Shown here piece after piece: positions 17,547 to 25,704 of a stretch of DNA of 38,933 bases. The notes under the pieces were generated by a model. The model was not told the DNA's origin, searched no databases, and worked only from the letters and a program-made list of their open reading frames with translations. The stretch spans positions 1 to 38,933 of IMG/VR virus record IMGVR_UViG_3300021399_000041; one strand, given 5' to 3'. The first letter of the stretch is position 1, and the number at the start of each line of letters is the position of its first letter. This DNA is from a virus. Made by a program: the position numbers and the translations under genes.

Positions 17547-18811
17547 GCTTCAGTTTGTTTGTCGCCGTTTATCTTTGCGCTGTCAGCGGGTGCTACATTG
17601 CAGCTGACAAACAACTTGTTTCCACCGGGTAGCGGCTTACGGCCTTTACGCAGTCTTACTTCATTTGGTGTCATGCCGCCAGCCTGCACCATTTTAGTGA
17701 AGTAGTCGGCTTCTGCCAGTACGTCGCTTTGGTAGTAGTCTTCCAAATTGAATTTAATTTTGTAGTCTGCTGCCACGCTTTGCGGTATCAGCTTAACCTT
17801 AAATTCGTTTTCTATCTTGATAAGCAAAGGTGCTAACGTGTCAGTCATATACACCGTTTGGCTGTTTTCGCTGGCCTTATAGTTCGTACTGGTCTGTGCA
17901 AATACTTTGTCGGGATGCACACCAAAGAAGCGGCAAATTTCCAGCACGTTAAACTTCTTACTATCCAGCAGCTGTAAGTCAGCCGGGGAAAGTGCCAGCT
18001 GATTGAAGCGCATAACGCCCGGTAACTGGAAAATACGCTTTCCGCTGCCTAACTCTCTTTCTACGCGCTCGCTGACAGCTTCCAGCTGGTCGTCTTGCAG
18101 CTGGCCAAAGCCCTGCGTTACGGTATTGTCGCCGGAAATGAAGCCGCGCGTAGTGCTGCCGGGCTTAAAGCTGTCTATTTGCAGTTCGTCGGTCTTCATG
18201 CCGATTTGCAGCACCTTACCAGCGTAGGCTATAGTGCTGCTGCCAGTATAGCCGCCGTCTAACGAGAAATTACGCAAATGTATGATTTCGTCTGCGTAAT
18301 ATTCGCCGTGTACGTGGTTGTAGTCGTCATTAACGGCGTAGGTGTTCGTCAGTGCGTCGTAAGTCACTCTGTCGCTTTGCAGCAGCAGCAGCTTCTTAAC
18401 TTCGCCACGCTCATAGACTGGCAGAATGTAGGCGTTACCGCGAAGCAGCACGTTAAGCACGGCGTTTTTCATAAAGTCGAAAGCCGTAAGCACGTCGTTA
18501 GGCTTTTCGCTCAAAAGATACTGAAGCGGGTGCTTTTCTTCTACACTGAATAGCTGGTAGCTTTCGCCGTCAGCCTCAACGGTCTTACGTCTTAGCACAT
18601 TCATACCCAGCCCGGCTACACTGCTGCTTACGATGTCGGCACACCTAAACACGGTAGCTATACGCACGGCTGTAGTTTCGCTTACACCCTCGTTATTGCC
18701 AAAGATGGCTGATAAGTCGCCCGTAGTGCTGGCGATTACGTTAGGGTCTGCGCCACGGCTGTAACTTCGCCCGGCGTTTTTCTTCTTTCTGAATCTGTCA
18801 AATATACCCAT
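17522..18811 (-). CDS. Portal protein, HK97 family
   Basis: 429 aa between the terminase and protease genes; the C-terminal GGMTPNEVRLRKGRKPLPGGNKLFV motif is typical of HK97-type portals. Confidence 0.9.
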   Translation of the reverse strand: MGIFDRFRKKKNAGRSYSRGADPNVIASTTGDLSAIFGNNEGVSETTAVRIATVFRCADIVSSSVAGLGMNVLRRKTVEADGESYQLFSVEEKHPLQYLLSEKPNDVLTAFDFMKNAVLNVLLRGNAYILPVYERGEVKKLLLLQSDRVTYDALTNTYAVNDDYNHVHGEYYADEIIHLRNFSLDGGYTGSSTIAYAGKVLQIGMKTDELQIDSFKPGSTTRGFISGDNTVTQGFGQLQDDQLEAVSERVERELGSGKRIFQLPGVMRFNQLALSPADLQLLDSKKFNVLEICRFFGVHPDKVFAQTSTNYKASENSQTVYMTDTLAPLLIKIENEFKVKLIPQSVAADYKIKFNLEDYYQSDVLAEADYFTKMVQAGGMTPNEVRLRKGRKPLPGGNKLFVSCNVAPADSAKINGDKQTEASRGQNAE

Positions 18812-18825
18812 TTTGCAAAATTCGA

Positions 18826-18866
18826 TTTATTATTACTGGTTCCATTGCTTCTTTTGCCCCCTCGAT
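18826..18866 (-). promoter_or_regulatory. Late-gene bipartite repeat, copy D (CATCGAGGGGGCAAAA-N16-GTAATAATAAA)
   Basis: Plus strand has tttgccccctcgat at 18853-18866, 3 nt after the terminase stop, and tttattattac at 18826-18836. ATG at 18811. Confidence 0.6.
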
Positions 18867-18869
18867 GTC

Positions 18870-20600
18870 CTACCCCTTACGCACTTGGTTGTCTGCCATA
18901 CCCAAAGCCATAAGCGCGGTAATAACGCCGTCTATCTTCGTTTTCTCGCTGTCGTTTTTCTTAAATGGCTTTGCGTTGCCCATATTATCCACTACCAGCA
19001 CGGCGTTATCAAAGCAAAACTGCGTTATCGGGTTCGGCTCAAATACTAAATAGTTCTTTTCTATGCCCCTACTCATGGCCAGCACTGGCGCGGTAAAGTG
19101 TACGGCTGTCTGTGAATAGTCAAATAGCTGGTCTTTGCTGGCTCCCCATGCTATCAGCGTGTTACGGAATTCAGCAGACTTGTAGCGGTCATAGCCAAAC
19201 TTCCATATTCGCAGATATTTGCTGTAACCCCAAATGTCCTTAACGATTTGCTGGTAGTCTATTATATTGCCCTCGCATAGATGCAGATAGCCAGCTTCAG
19301 CCCATTTCTTGTATAGTTCGCGGTTCGGATGCGTAGCCAGCTGGCCTTTGGGGAAATAGTAGTCTGTCTTAATGTAGCCCTGCTTTCGGTTTTTGAGATA
19401 TATAAAGTAGCTGACAGCGGAAAAGTCGTTATCTACTGACAAGTCTATGCCTACTTCGCAGTCTGCTGGCGCGCCTAACGTCGTTATGTCTATCTGTTCG
19501 CTATGGTCTCGCACGGTTGCGCCCTCTATCCACGGCTTTGAATTTCCGCTTACGAATATATTCAGCATCTTAGTTAAAAACGTCTTCATGGCCTCTGCGT
19601 CTGTCTGCGCGCGCTCCCATTCAGCGGCGTAGTAGTCCGGCTGTACCGTTATGCCTAAGTGTGGCTGCACCTTTGCCCACGTTGCCGGGTCGTCCGGCGC
19701 GTCGTCCACGTCCGGCTCAAAGATGTGGGCAAATACGCGGTCATTTTCCACTTCGCCGCGTAGTATGCTTTTATAGCGGTTCAGCATTGACACAAACGGC
19801 GCGTTTGGCTTGTCTGAAGCCGTAGTGATAACGATAGTAAGCGGGTTTAGACGCGCACCCATTGAAGTAGTCAGCACGCCGTAAAGTTCGCTGCTGTCGG
19901 CTTGGCTGTATTCGTCCATAATAACGGTGCTGGCGTTCAAGCCGTCCAGCGTGTCGGCTTTGCTGGCCAAACAGCGCACAAATGCAGTACGTCCGCTGGC
20001 GGCTGTGTCTATCCATTCCACTTTCTCGCGCTTCAGCTTAAACGACTTTAATTGTGGGTCTAAGCCTTTTAGCACTTCTTTGATTTCCCTAAAGCAGATT
20101 TGCGCCTGCTCGTAGCTGTTGGCCGCTGTGTAGGCTTGTGCGTTTGCGTCGCCTACTAACAAGTCATAAATAGCAAAGCTGGTTACGCTGGTAGTCTTCG
20201 CAAACTTACGCGGCACAAACAGCAGCACGTCACGGATAAGCCGTTTACCGTCTTCAGTGTAAAAGCCCATGATGTTGGCAAACTGAAAGACTTGTACGGG
20301 TGTCATTTTGTAGCGTGTCCGGCCATGTAAGCCGTCAAACTTCAGACTTTCGTAGAAGACTATGTAGTTTTGCACTTCATTGATACGGAATTCGTATATT
20401 TTCAGAAATTCAAAGAATCTGCGAAGTGCCAGCAGTTCCCAAAGGTTGTGTTTTTCCGGCGACATAATAAGCCCACGGGCGTACACTTCCAGTCTGTAGT
20501 CGATAGCTGTCAAGTTGTACGCTTCCACGCTGATAGCTGCCAGTTCTTTACTAACGGCTTCTTTCAGCGCACGGGCTGCTTGTTTCTCGCTATCTGTCAC
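18870..20600 (-). CDS. terL: Terminase large subunit
   Basis: 576 aa; Walker A-like VPRKFAKTT, Walker B VIMDEYSQ and a C-terminal nuclease-type acidic motif (IDLSVDNDFS). The GTG start overlaps the TerS stop by 1 nt. Confidence 0.9.
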   Translation of the reverse strand: MTDSEKQAARALKEAVSKELAAISVEAYNLTAIDYRLEVYARGLIMSPEKHNLWELLALRRFFEFLKIYEFRINEVQNYIVFYESLKFDGLHGRTRYKMTPVQVFQFANIMGFYTEDGKRLIRDVLLFVPRKFAKTTSVTSFAIYDLLVGDANAQAYTAANSYEQAQICFREIKEVLKGLDPQLKSFKLKREKVEWIDTAASGRTAFVRCLASKADTLDGLNASTVIMDEYSQADSSELYGVLTTSMGARLNPLTIVITTASDKPNAPFVSMLNRYKSILRGEVENDRVFAHIFEPDVDDAPDDPATWAKVQPHLGITVQPDYYAAEWERAQTDAEAMKTFLTKMLNIFVSGNSKPWIEGATVRDHSEQIDITTLGAPADCEVGIDLSVDNDFSAVSYFIYLKNRKQGYIKTDYYFPKGQLATHPNRELYKKWAEAGYLHLCEGNIIDYQQIVKDIWGYSKYLRIWKFGYDRYKSAEFRNTLIAWGASKDQLFDYSQTAVHFTAPVLAMSRGIEKNYLVFEPNPITQFCFDNAVLVVDNMGNAKPFKKNDSEKTKIDGVITALMALGMADNQVRKG

Positions 20601-21058
20601 TATACGTTAGTCTTCAGCTTCAGTATTACGGGCGTTCTGTTGCCCTCGATAGCTTTACGCAGTTCTGTAAGCGGGCTGTCTGCCATATCACTGCCGCCGC
20701 CACTACTACCAGCGTCGCCAGCTTTGGCCATTGCAGCGGATAAGCCTAACTGCTGTAAGTAGTTCTGTATAGCTTTGGCATAGCTTAGATTCATAGCCAC
20801 TGCCGGGTTCGCCACCGTCTTAAAAGTCGTCTTTGTGCTATTCTCTACCGTCAGCCCGTCTTTGTCGATGGCGGCGCGCGTCTTTTGGTATAGTTCCAGT
20901 AACGTAGCCAGTATGTATATGGCTGGTTCCTTTTCCGGCTTGTATAAGTCGGCTACTTCCAGCGCGGCGCGTATTAAGTCCATGAAGCTGTTTGTTTTTC
21001 GCTGCTTCATGGTTTTGTCGTCGCCTATTAGGTGTCTTTGCTTCTTTTCGTCTGCCAT
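20600..21058 (-). CDS. terS: Terminase small subunit (P27-family-like)
   Basis: Start moved to the ATG at 21058 (MADEKKQ), just after the HNH stop. ANPAVAMNLSYAKAIQNYLQQLGLS resembles the P27-family TerS C-terminal region. The longer ORF 20600..21307 would overlap the HNH gene. Confidence 0.65.
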   Translation of the reverse strand: MADEKKQRHLIGDDKTMKQRKTNSFMDLIRAALEVADLYKPEKEPAIYILATLLELYQKTRAAIDKDGLTVENSTKTTFKTVANPAVAMNLSYAKAIQNYLQQLGLSAAMAKAGDAGSSGGGSDMADSPLTELRKAIEGNRTPVILKLKTNV

Positions 21059-21062
21059 GTCC

Positions 21063-21395
21063 TTAGTCTTCAAATAGTGATAGTATGCTGCTGGCGCGGT
21101 CTTCATTCCGGCGCGCCGCCAGTTCCTTGTTACGGGCAAAGTTATGGCTATCCAGTTCTTTATGCAGTTTGTCGTGGCATTTTTGGCAAACGCTTTCCAA
21201 ATTCTGCCAGTCGTATGCTGCTGCCAGCATGTCGCCAAAATTCGTAAACGTTTCCAGCGGTCTGCGATGATGTACCGCCGTAGCTGGCCATTTTTCGCAT
21301 TCTTCACATAGCGGATGCGCGGCTTTATACAGCTTACTGACGCGCCGCCACTCTTTGCCGTGAATGATTCTGTTATAGTTGTCGTCTTTGGCCAT
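21063..21395 (-). CDS. HNH endonuclease (terminase-associated)
   Basis: 110 aa with CEEC...HHRRP...CQKCHDKLH zinc/HNH motifs, adjacent to the terminase genes. Confidence 0.85.
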   Translation of the reverse strand: MAKDDNYNRIIHGKEWRRVSKLYKAAHPLCEECEKWPATAVHHRRPLETFTNFGDMLAAAYDWQNLESVCQKCHDKLHKELDSHNFARNKELAARRNEDRASSILSLFED

Positions 21396-21399
21396 ACGC

Positions 21400-21822
21400 T
21401 TACTTTACGGTTCGTTTCAGTACGTTAGCCGGGTATGTCTTCACTGCGCCCTCATTCTCGCAGTCTTCAAACATACTGGCTACTTCGTCAGCTATAACGT
21501 CGCCAGCTTCCGGCTTGTCATAATCTCCGGCTTTCATGTGAAAGTCACGTAGCGCGTAGGCTGCACGCCCAAAGTTCTTATAGACAGCTTCCAGCCGTTT
21601 CTTCTGTCCTTTGTCAGTGCTGAATAACTCTATAAATTCAGGTGCTAACGGCGCGTCTATAACGTCGTTCTTAGGGTCTGCCACGCGCAAAAACGTGTGA
21701 ATAAGATAGCGCACTAATGCGTAGTCACTACTGAAGCCGCTACGCTTTGCCACGGCTTTAAGACGTTCTGCGTCTGCTTTCAGTAGGCGTGTGCCTACTT
21801 TTACAAATTCGATTTCTTTCAT
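21400..21822 (-). CDS. Hypothetical protein, first gene of the late transcription unit
   Basis: ORF with ATG at 21822 (MKEIEF), 28 nt downstream of a TAnnTTTG box. Confidence 0.6.
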   Translation of the reverse strand: MKEIEFVKVGTRLLKADAERLKAVAKRSGFSSDYALVRYLIHTFLRVADPKNDVIDAPLAPEFIELFSTDKGQKKRLEAVYKNFGRAAYALRDFHMKAGDYDKPEAGDVIADEVASMFEDCENEGAVKTYPANVLKRTVK

Positions 21823-21845
21823 AATCAGCAAAAACTAATAGGTTT

Positions 21846-21876
21846 GGCACAAAGGTACTAAGATTTTCACAAAGTT
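21846..21876 (-). promoter_or_regulatory. Bacteroidota-type promoter (CTTTG-N12-TACCTTTG) for the late unit
   Basis: Minus-sense ACTTTGTGAAAATCTTAGTACCTTTGTGC. TACCTTTG fits the TAnnTTTG -7 consensus. The 15-mer TTAGTACCTTTGTGC is identical to 32598-32612. Confidence 0.55.
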
Positions 21877-21893
21877 AGTTCATTTGTGCTAAC

Positions 21894-21917
21894 AAAAAAG
21901 CGCGCCCGCTGGCGCGC
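21894..21917 (-). terminator. Rho-independent terminator ending the early/replication unit
   Basis: Minus-sense GCGCGCC-AGCG-GGCGCGC followed by TTTTTT. Confidence 0.8.
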
Positions 21918-22019
21918 CAAAGCCTATGTTTAACTAAAAATCCTTGTGTATTACCGCCTATCTTCGCAGACTGGCAAAGCTAATTCAAGTGCTATGAAAA
22001 CACACTACAAAGGTAGTAA

Positions 22020-22361
22020 TTATTTTGCATTATTAGCACGTTTGGGTTTATATTTCTGCTTAAATTCTGCGTCAAACATGATTTGCAGATAGTTTCCGTT
22101 CCATACCAGCCAGTCGCCGGGATAAGCCGCGCCTTTGTCTGCTATGATATATTTAAGCACCTTATAGTCTTCTTTCTTACCGCTGGCGTAGGTCGTTATA
22201 TGGTGTTCCCATTCTGCACGCGCCACGCCCTGCACTTTCAGCATAGCCGGAATGTCTTCGTTAAGCTGGATAGCGCACACGTCCACGGCTTCTTTGATGA
22301 TGTAAATATCATAGCGGCTGGTATCAAACTTTCGTACCGGGTTTTCGTTTTCTTCTATCAT
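22020..22361 (-). CDS. Hypothetical protein (113 aa)
   Basis: Last ORF of the early unit; no motif recognised. Confidence 0.6.
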   Translation of the reverse strand: MIEENENPVRKFDTSRYDIYIIKEAVDVCAIQLNEDIPAMLKVQGVARAEWEHHITTYASGKKEDYKVLKYIIADKGAAYPGDWLVWNGNYLQIMFDAEFKQKYKPKRANNAK

Positions 22362-22415
22362 AAGTATATACTTTTATTTCGTTTGTAATTTCTTCGCGCC
22401 TGCATAAGTATATAC

Positions 22416-22766
22416 TTACGCCTGCGCACACTTAAACCAGTTGGCCGCGCCTATGCGGTTGCCGGGCTGAAAGCGGCCACGGCCTAACTTGTTATTCCTT
22501 ATCCGCGCCCACGTCAAAGACTGATGGCGTAGCTTATGTAGCCAGCCAGCATCTTTCTGAAGTCCTAACTGCTTTGCCTTACGCTGTACGCTGCACCGTG
22601 ACACGCCCAGCAGCGCGGCCAGTTCGTCGTTAGTCGTAGTGGCATACCAGCGGCGCAAATCTGCTAACATTTGGCCAGTCCATACACGCACCAGTGTAAT
22701 GCAGCCAGTGTGACGTTCATAAAGTCTGCCAGTGGCAGTGTCGTAATATCTCTGTTTCATAGCCAT
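22416..22766 (-). CDS. HTH DNA-binding protein (candidate transcription regulator)
   Basis: 116 aa; TNDELAALLGVSRCSVQRKAKQLGL is a classic helix-turn-helix (sigma region-4-like). Confidence 0.6.
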   Translation of the reverse strand: MAMKQRYYDTATGRLYERHTGCITLVRVWTGQMLADLRRWYATTTNDELAALLGVSRCSVQRKAKQLGLQKDAGWLHKLRHQSLTWARIRNNKLGRGRFQPGNRIGAANWFKCAQA

Positions 22767-22781
22767 GTCATTTGAATAGTT

Positions 22782-23009
22782 CTAACTGAATAGCGGTAAC
22801 TCCCCCCCCCTCGCACGTTCCAGCTTTGGGCGTGTGTAACTGCGCTGGCTGGCGCGTTTGGCTTTCAATCTCTCATAGATGGCGTTAGCTTGTTCGTACT
22901 GGCACGGTATGGTAATACTTTCGCGCTCACCAGTAAGTCTATTAACGCCCGTAACCGTCCAGCGGCCACGGTAGCCGTCTGTGCGCTGCTTCTTTGTCCT
23001 TTTTCTCAT
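22782..23009 (-). CDS. Hypothetical basic protein (75 aa) containing a G9 homopolymer near its 3' end
   Basis: ORF; C9 run on the plus strand at 22802-22810 encodes RGGE. Confidence 0.5.
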   Translation of the reverse strand: MRKRTKKQRTDGYRGRWTVTGVNRLTGERESITIPCQYEQANAIYERLKAKRASQRSYTRPKLERARGGELPLFS

Positions 23010-23021
23010 AATTCTTTCTAT

Positions 23022-23699
23022 CTAAAAGTCGAATGATAATTGAATATATTTACTTGATTCTTCGCGCTTCTTTTTCCGGCGCGCTGGCCTGCGTATAATT
23101 TCCGGCTGTTTTTGCGCATTATTTCCGGCTGGTTCTGCGTGTTTTGGTTCTACTGGTTCCGGCACTGGTAGCACGGGTTTTGGTAGTTCCGGCGTTACTG
23201 GCTCCGGCGTTACTGGCTCCGGGTCTTTATAGCCGATATGTCGGCACACGTCAGCGCGGAATATACGCATATAGTCGGGAATAGCATCTACTTGTATGTG
23301 GTTGCGTTCATGGTTCCAGTGTGCTTTCAAGAAAGCCCGGCTGTCTGCCAGCCAGTCTTCGCCGTCCGGCTGTGCCACTGGTTCCAGTGTGGCTTCCACT
23401 GGCGCGGCTGGCTCCGGCTTTGTCTGCTGGCTTCGTGTCTGGAATTCACGCCACGCGGTTGCTGCTGCTTCGCTGGTATCATAGACATGCTTCTTATGAT
23501 AGGCACATATATTGTAACAGCCTGCCACTATCGGCTTACCGTCTGACGCTGGCACTTGCATAGAAATAGCTATCCAGTCTTTCCATATCTCGCCGCTAAA
23601 GTTGGCCTTTTGCTTATCCAGTACCGTTCCAGCACATACATGGCCGTACCAGTTTACAAATACTTGTGTACCCGGTTCCATACGCTTAATGCTTTGCAA
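23022..23699 (-). CDS. Hypothetical protein with a Pro-rich linker and a C-terminal QLSFDF tail
   Basis: 225 aa. PEPVTPEPVTPELPKPVLPVPEPVEP arises from a 15-bp tandem repeat at 23189-23222. The basic KKKREESSKYIQLSFDF C-terminus resembles a sliding-clamp binding motif. Confidence 0.6.
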   Translation of the reverse strand: MQSIKRMEPGTQVFVNWYGHVCAGTVLDKQKANFSGEIWKDWIAISMQVPASDGKPIVAGCYNICAYHKKHVYDTSEAAATAWREFQTRSQQTKPEPAAPVEATLEPVAQPDGEDWLADSRAFLKAHWNHERNHIQVDAIPDYMRIFRADVCRHIGYKDPEPVTPEPVTPELPKPVLPVPEPVEPKHAEPAGNNAQKQPEIIRRPARRKKKREESSKYIQLSFDF

Positions 23700-23913
23700 A
23701 GTGTTCTATTTCCAAAGGTAGCACACGCGCTTCTTCGTAGCGGTTCTGACACGCTGCTGGTAGCGGCGCGCTGGCTACTTCACGCTGGCCGCTGGCCGCG
23801 CACTGGCTTATTATCGGGTCATTGCCCCACTGCATAAGATGCGCTTTTGCGCACGTCATGCAGTTGCCAGCTACGCGGCGCGGTCTGCTTACTTTGGTCG
23901 TTTTCTTCACCAT
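23686..23913 (-). CDS. Hypothetical Cys-containing small protein (75 aa)
   Basis: Start taken at the ATG at 23913 (MVKKTTKV), which overlaps the upstream stop (ATGGTGA). The longer ORF start at 23964 was rejected. Confidence 0.45.
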   Translation of the reverse strand: MVKKTTKVSRPRRVAGNCMTCAKAHLMQWGNDPIISQCAASGQREVASAPLPAACQNRYEEARVLPLEIEHFAKH

Positions 23914-24074
23914 ATCAGTGCAATATAGATGCGGTCTAACATGATACCCAGCAGTATAAAGCACGCTGCCAGTAGCCAGCCGGACAGCTTGATATGCTTA
24001 AACTGATTACTTACTACGGCCAGCACAAAAGTAAAAAGTGCTGCCAGTGCTAACAAAATGATACTTGTCTTCAT
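23907..24074 (-). CDS. Small two-TM membrane protein (55 aa), below the ORF-track cut-off
   Basis: Hand translation: MKTSIILLALAALFTFVLAVVSNQFKHIKLSGWLLAACFILLGIMLDRIYIALIW. ATGA overlap with the VRR-NUC stop and ATGGTGA overlap with the next gene. Confidence 0.5.
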   Translation of the reverse strand: MKTSIILLALAALFTFVLAVVSNQFKHIKLSGWLLAACFILLGIMLDRIYIALIW

Positions 24075-24496
24075 AATTTTGCTGTTTTAAGATATTGTTT
24101 AACAATAGAAATAAATTCTTCCAGTGTGTAGACGACGACGTACAAGTTTCCGTGTTCCTCTGTAGATGCCTGCCACTCCTTTTGTAAGTCTGTCTGTTTG
24201 TTCTTTCCATGCTTCAGTTCAATACAAAGCGCGCCGTATTTGTCATTTGGTATTAGCAGAATCAAGTCTGCCACACCAGCCACCACGCCAGCGGCTTTCA
24301 TGTTAGCGGCTTCTTTCCTGTTTCTGCTGCCGCCGTTTGGCACTGCGAAAAGCTGCCGCCAGTGTAGCGGGTACTGGTATCTAAACCACTCTACGCAGTC
24401 CATTTGCAGCCGTTCTTCCGGGTTGTCGTAGTGCTGTTTGGCTTTCAGCCCGGCTACTTCGGCTTTGTTTTGCTTCAGCATTTCTTCGTAGGTCAT
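24071..24496 (-). CDS. VRR-NUC domain nuclease
   Basis: 141 aa; MDCVEWFRYQYP...VPNGG...GVADLILL...CIELK pattern (PD-(D/E)xK type). Confidence 0.8.
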   Translation of the reverse strand: MTYEEMLKQNKAEVAGLKAKQHYDNPEERLQMDCVEWFRYQYPLHWRQLFAVPNGGSRNRKEAANMKAAGVVAGVADLILLIPNDKYGALCIELKHGKNKQTDLQKEWQASTEEHGNLYVVVYTLEEFISIVKQYLKTAKL

Positions 24497-24508
24497 AACT
24501 TCCAGTGG

Positions 24509-24901
24509 TTACATACGTGGCAGACTGCTAACTGGCACGTCACCGGGTAGCGGCGCAGCCTGCTGCTTTCTCTCTGTCAGTGTCAGCATAGAAGCGTCGA
24601 TGTACGCGGCTGTAACTTGCTGGCCTTGTTCGTTTGTATATGTGTCGTACTTCAGCATACCGCGCACATAGATAAAAGCACCTTTGCGTACATACTTCTG
24701 CACATATTCCGCGTTCTTATCCCAGCAGACTATGTTATGCCACTGCGTTACTTTAGGAATTTCCCTGCCGTCTTTGGTAGTGAAGCCGCCCGTACTGGTA
24801 GCCAGTGAAAAGCGCGCCACCAGCCCGCCGTTCTGTAAACCTTGAAATTCCGGCTCCCTGCCGACATTTCCCAATAGAATCACTAAGTTTTCGTAAGTCA
24901 T
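24509..24901 (-). CDS. ssb: Single-stranded DNA-binding protein
   Basis: 130 aa; OB-fold signature NLVILLGNVGREPE...ARFSLATS...TQWHNIVCW...YVRKGAFIYVRG. Confidence 0.85.
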   Translation of the reverse strand: MTYENLVILLGNVGREPEFQGLQNGGLVARFSLATSTGGFTTKDGREIPKVTQWHNIVCWDKNAEYVQKYVRKGAFIYVRGMLKYDTYTNEQGQQVTAAYIDASMLTLTERKQQAAPLPGDVPVSSLPRM

Positions 24902-25026
24902 ACGTTCTTAAATTTTGAAGTTATACAATTCTGCTTTTTATATTCTTCCATTTTCTTGATGGTTTCCCACGCTATGACAGCACGCCCCAGCAGCCGCCAA
25001 AACTCTTTATTACGTTTTCGTTTCAT
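24898..25026 (-). CDS. Possible small basic protein (42 aa), below the ORF-track cut-off
   Basis: Hand translation: MKRKRNKEFWRLLGRAVIAWETIKKMEEYKKQNCITSKFKNV. ATGA overlap with the ssb start; it begins 17 nt inside the upstream gene. Confidence 0.35.
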   Translation of the reverse strand: MKRKRNKEFWRLLGRAVIAWETIKKMEEYKKQNCITSKFKNV

Positions 25027-25387
25027 ACGCTGGCTGTTTATCCAGTTCTATTAGAAATTGCACATGCTGGTTAAGTTCTGCCAGCGTCGTTTCCATTGTG
25101 GCCGTCTTATCCCATGAATAGAAAGCAAAGTGTCGTAGCGTACCGCTGTTTTTACGCAGCTGGCATATTACCATTAAGCGCACGCCGTCCTGCCAGTCCG
25201 GGCTGAAGTCTGTGCGTACCGTCATTTCCAGCACGCCAGTACATGCCACTTGTAAGTTCTGAATTCTACGCAGCACGTCTTTAAGATGTGGCAGAAAGAA
25301 GACGGCCTGCTTCTTTTGCCATTCTGCTATAGCTTTCAGCGGCGCGGCTGCTTCTGCGCCCAGCTTCTTTCTTTCTTCGTCAGTCAT
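25010..25387 (-). CDS. Hypothetical protein (125 aa)
   Basis: Start taken at the ATG at 25387 (MTDEERKK). The upstream extension to 25465 runs into the repeat-rich intergenic region. Confidence 0.55.
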   Translation of the reverse strand: MTDEERKKLGAEAAAPLKAIAEWQKKQAVFFLPHLKDVLRRIQNLQVACTGVLEMTVRTDFSPDWQDGVRLMVICQLRKNSGTLRHFAFYSWDKTATMETTLAELNQHVQFLIELDKQPAYETKT

Positions 25388-25465
25388 ACATTTATATACT
25401 TTTGTAGGTTCGGTTATGCTGCCAACATGCGCGCCAGCGCGCGGCCATGTGCGCGAAATTCCCAT

Positions 25466-25704
25466 TTTTGAAAGTGGCGTTTTTGACTATTTCCAGCCGC
25501 GTAGACGGCATTAAAAACACACCCCGCCACCTTATCAGTCGCCAGCGCAAACGCGCCCAAACAGCCTTATTTTTCCCATTTCCAAAACGGCCAAACAGCC
25601 CCGCGTGTGAAGACGGTTTCGGGGAGAGGGTTACGCGCCCCGTCCGGCACTCAATTAACGATAGCCCCATTTTGCAATTTTTTACACTCATTTTCGATGC
25701 CCCA
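25466..25704. promoter_or_regulatory. Non-coding repeat-rich region next to the replication gene (candidate origin/iteron region)
   Basis: About 240 bp without a convincing ORF. Plus-strand direct repeats: ccaaacagcc at 25557 and 25591; cgat(a)gccccatt at 25659 and 25695; cccattt at 25461 and 25575. Confidence 0.4.

Noticed and set aside
20600-21307. Full-length 235-aa version of the small terminase ORF
   Set aside because: Its first 83 codons overlap the HNH gene in another frame and look like noise. The ATG at 21058, directly after the HNH stop, gives a sensible 152-aa TerS.
24007-24210. 67-aa minus-strand ORF overlapping the VRR-NUC 3' end
   Set aside because: It is out of frame with the well-supported nuclease gene. 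The downstream gap is better filled by the 55-aa membrane ORF (23907..24074), which has coupled start and stop codons.
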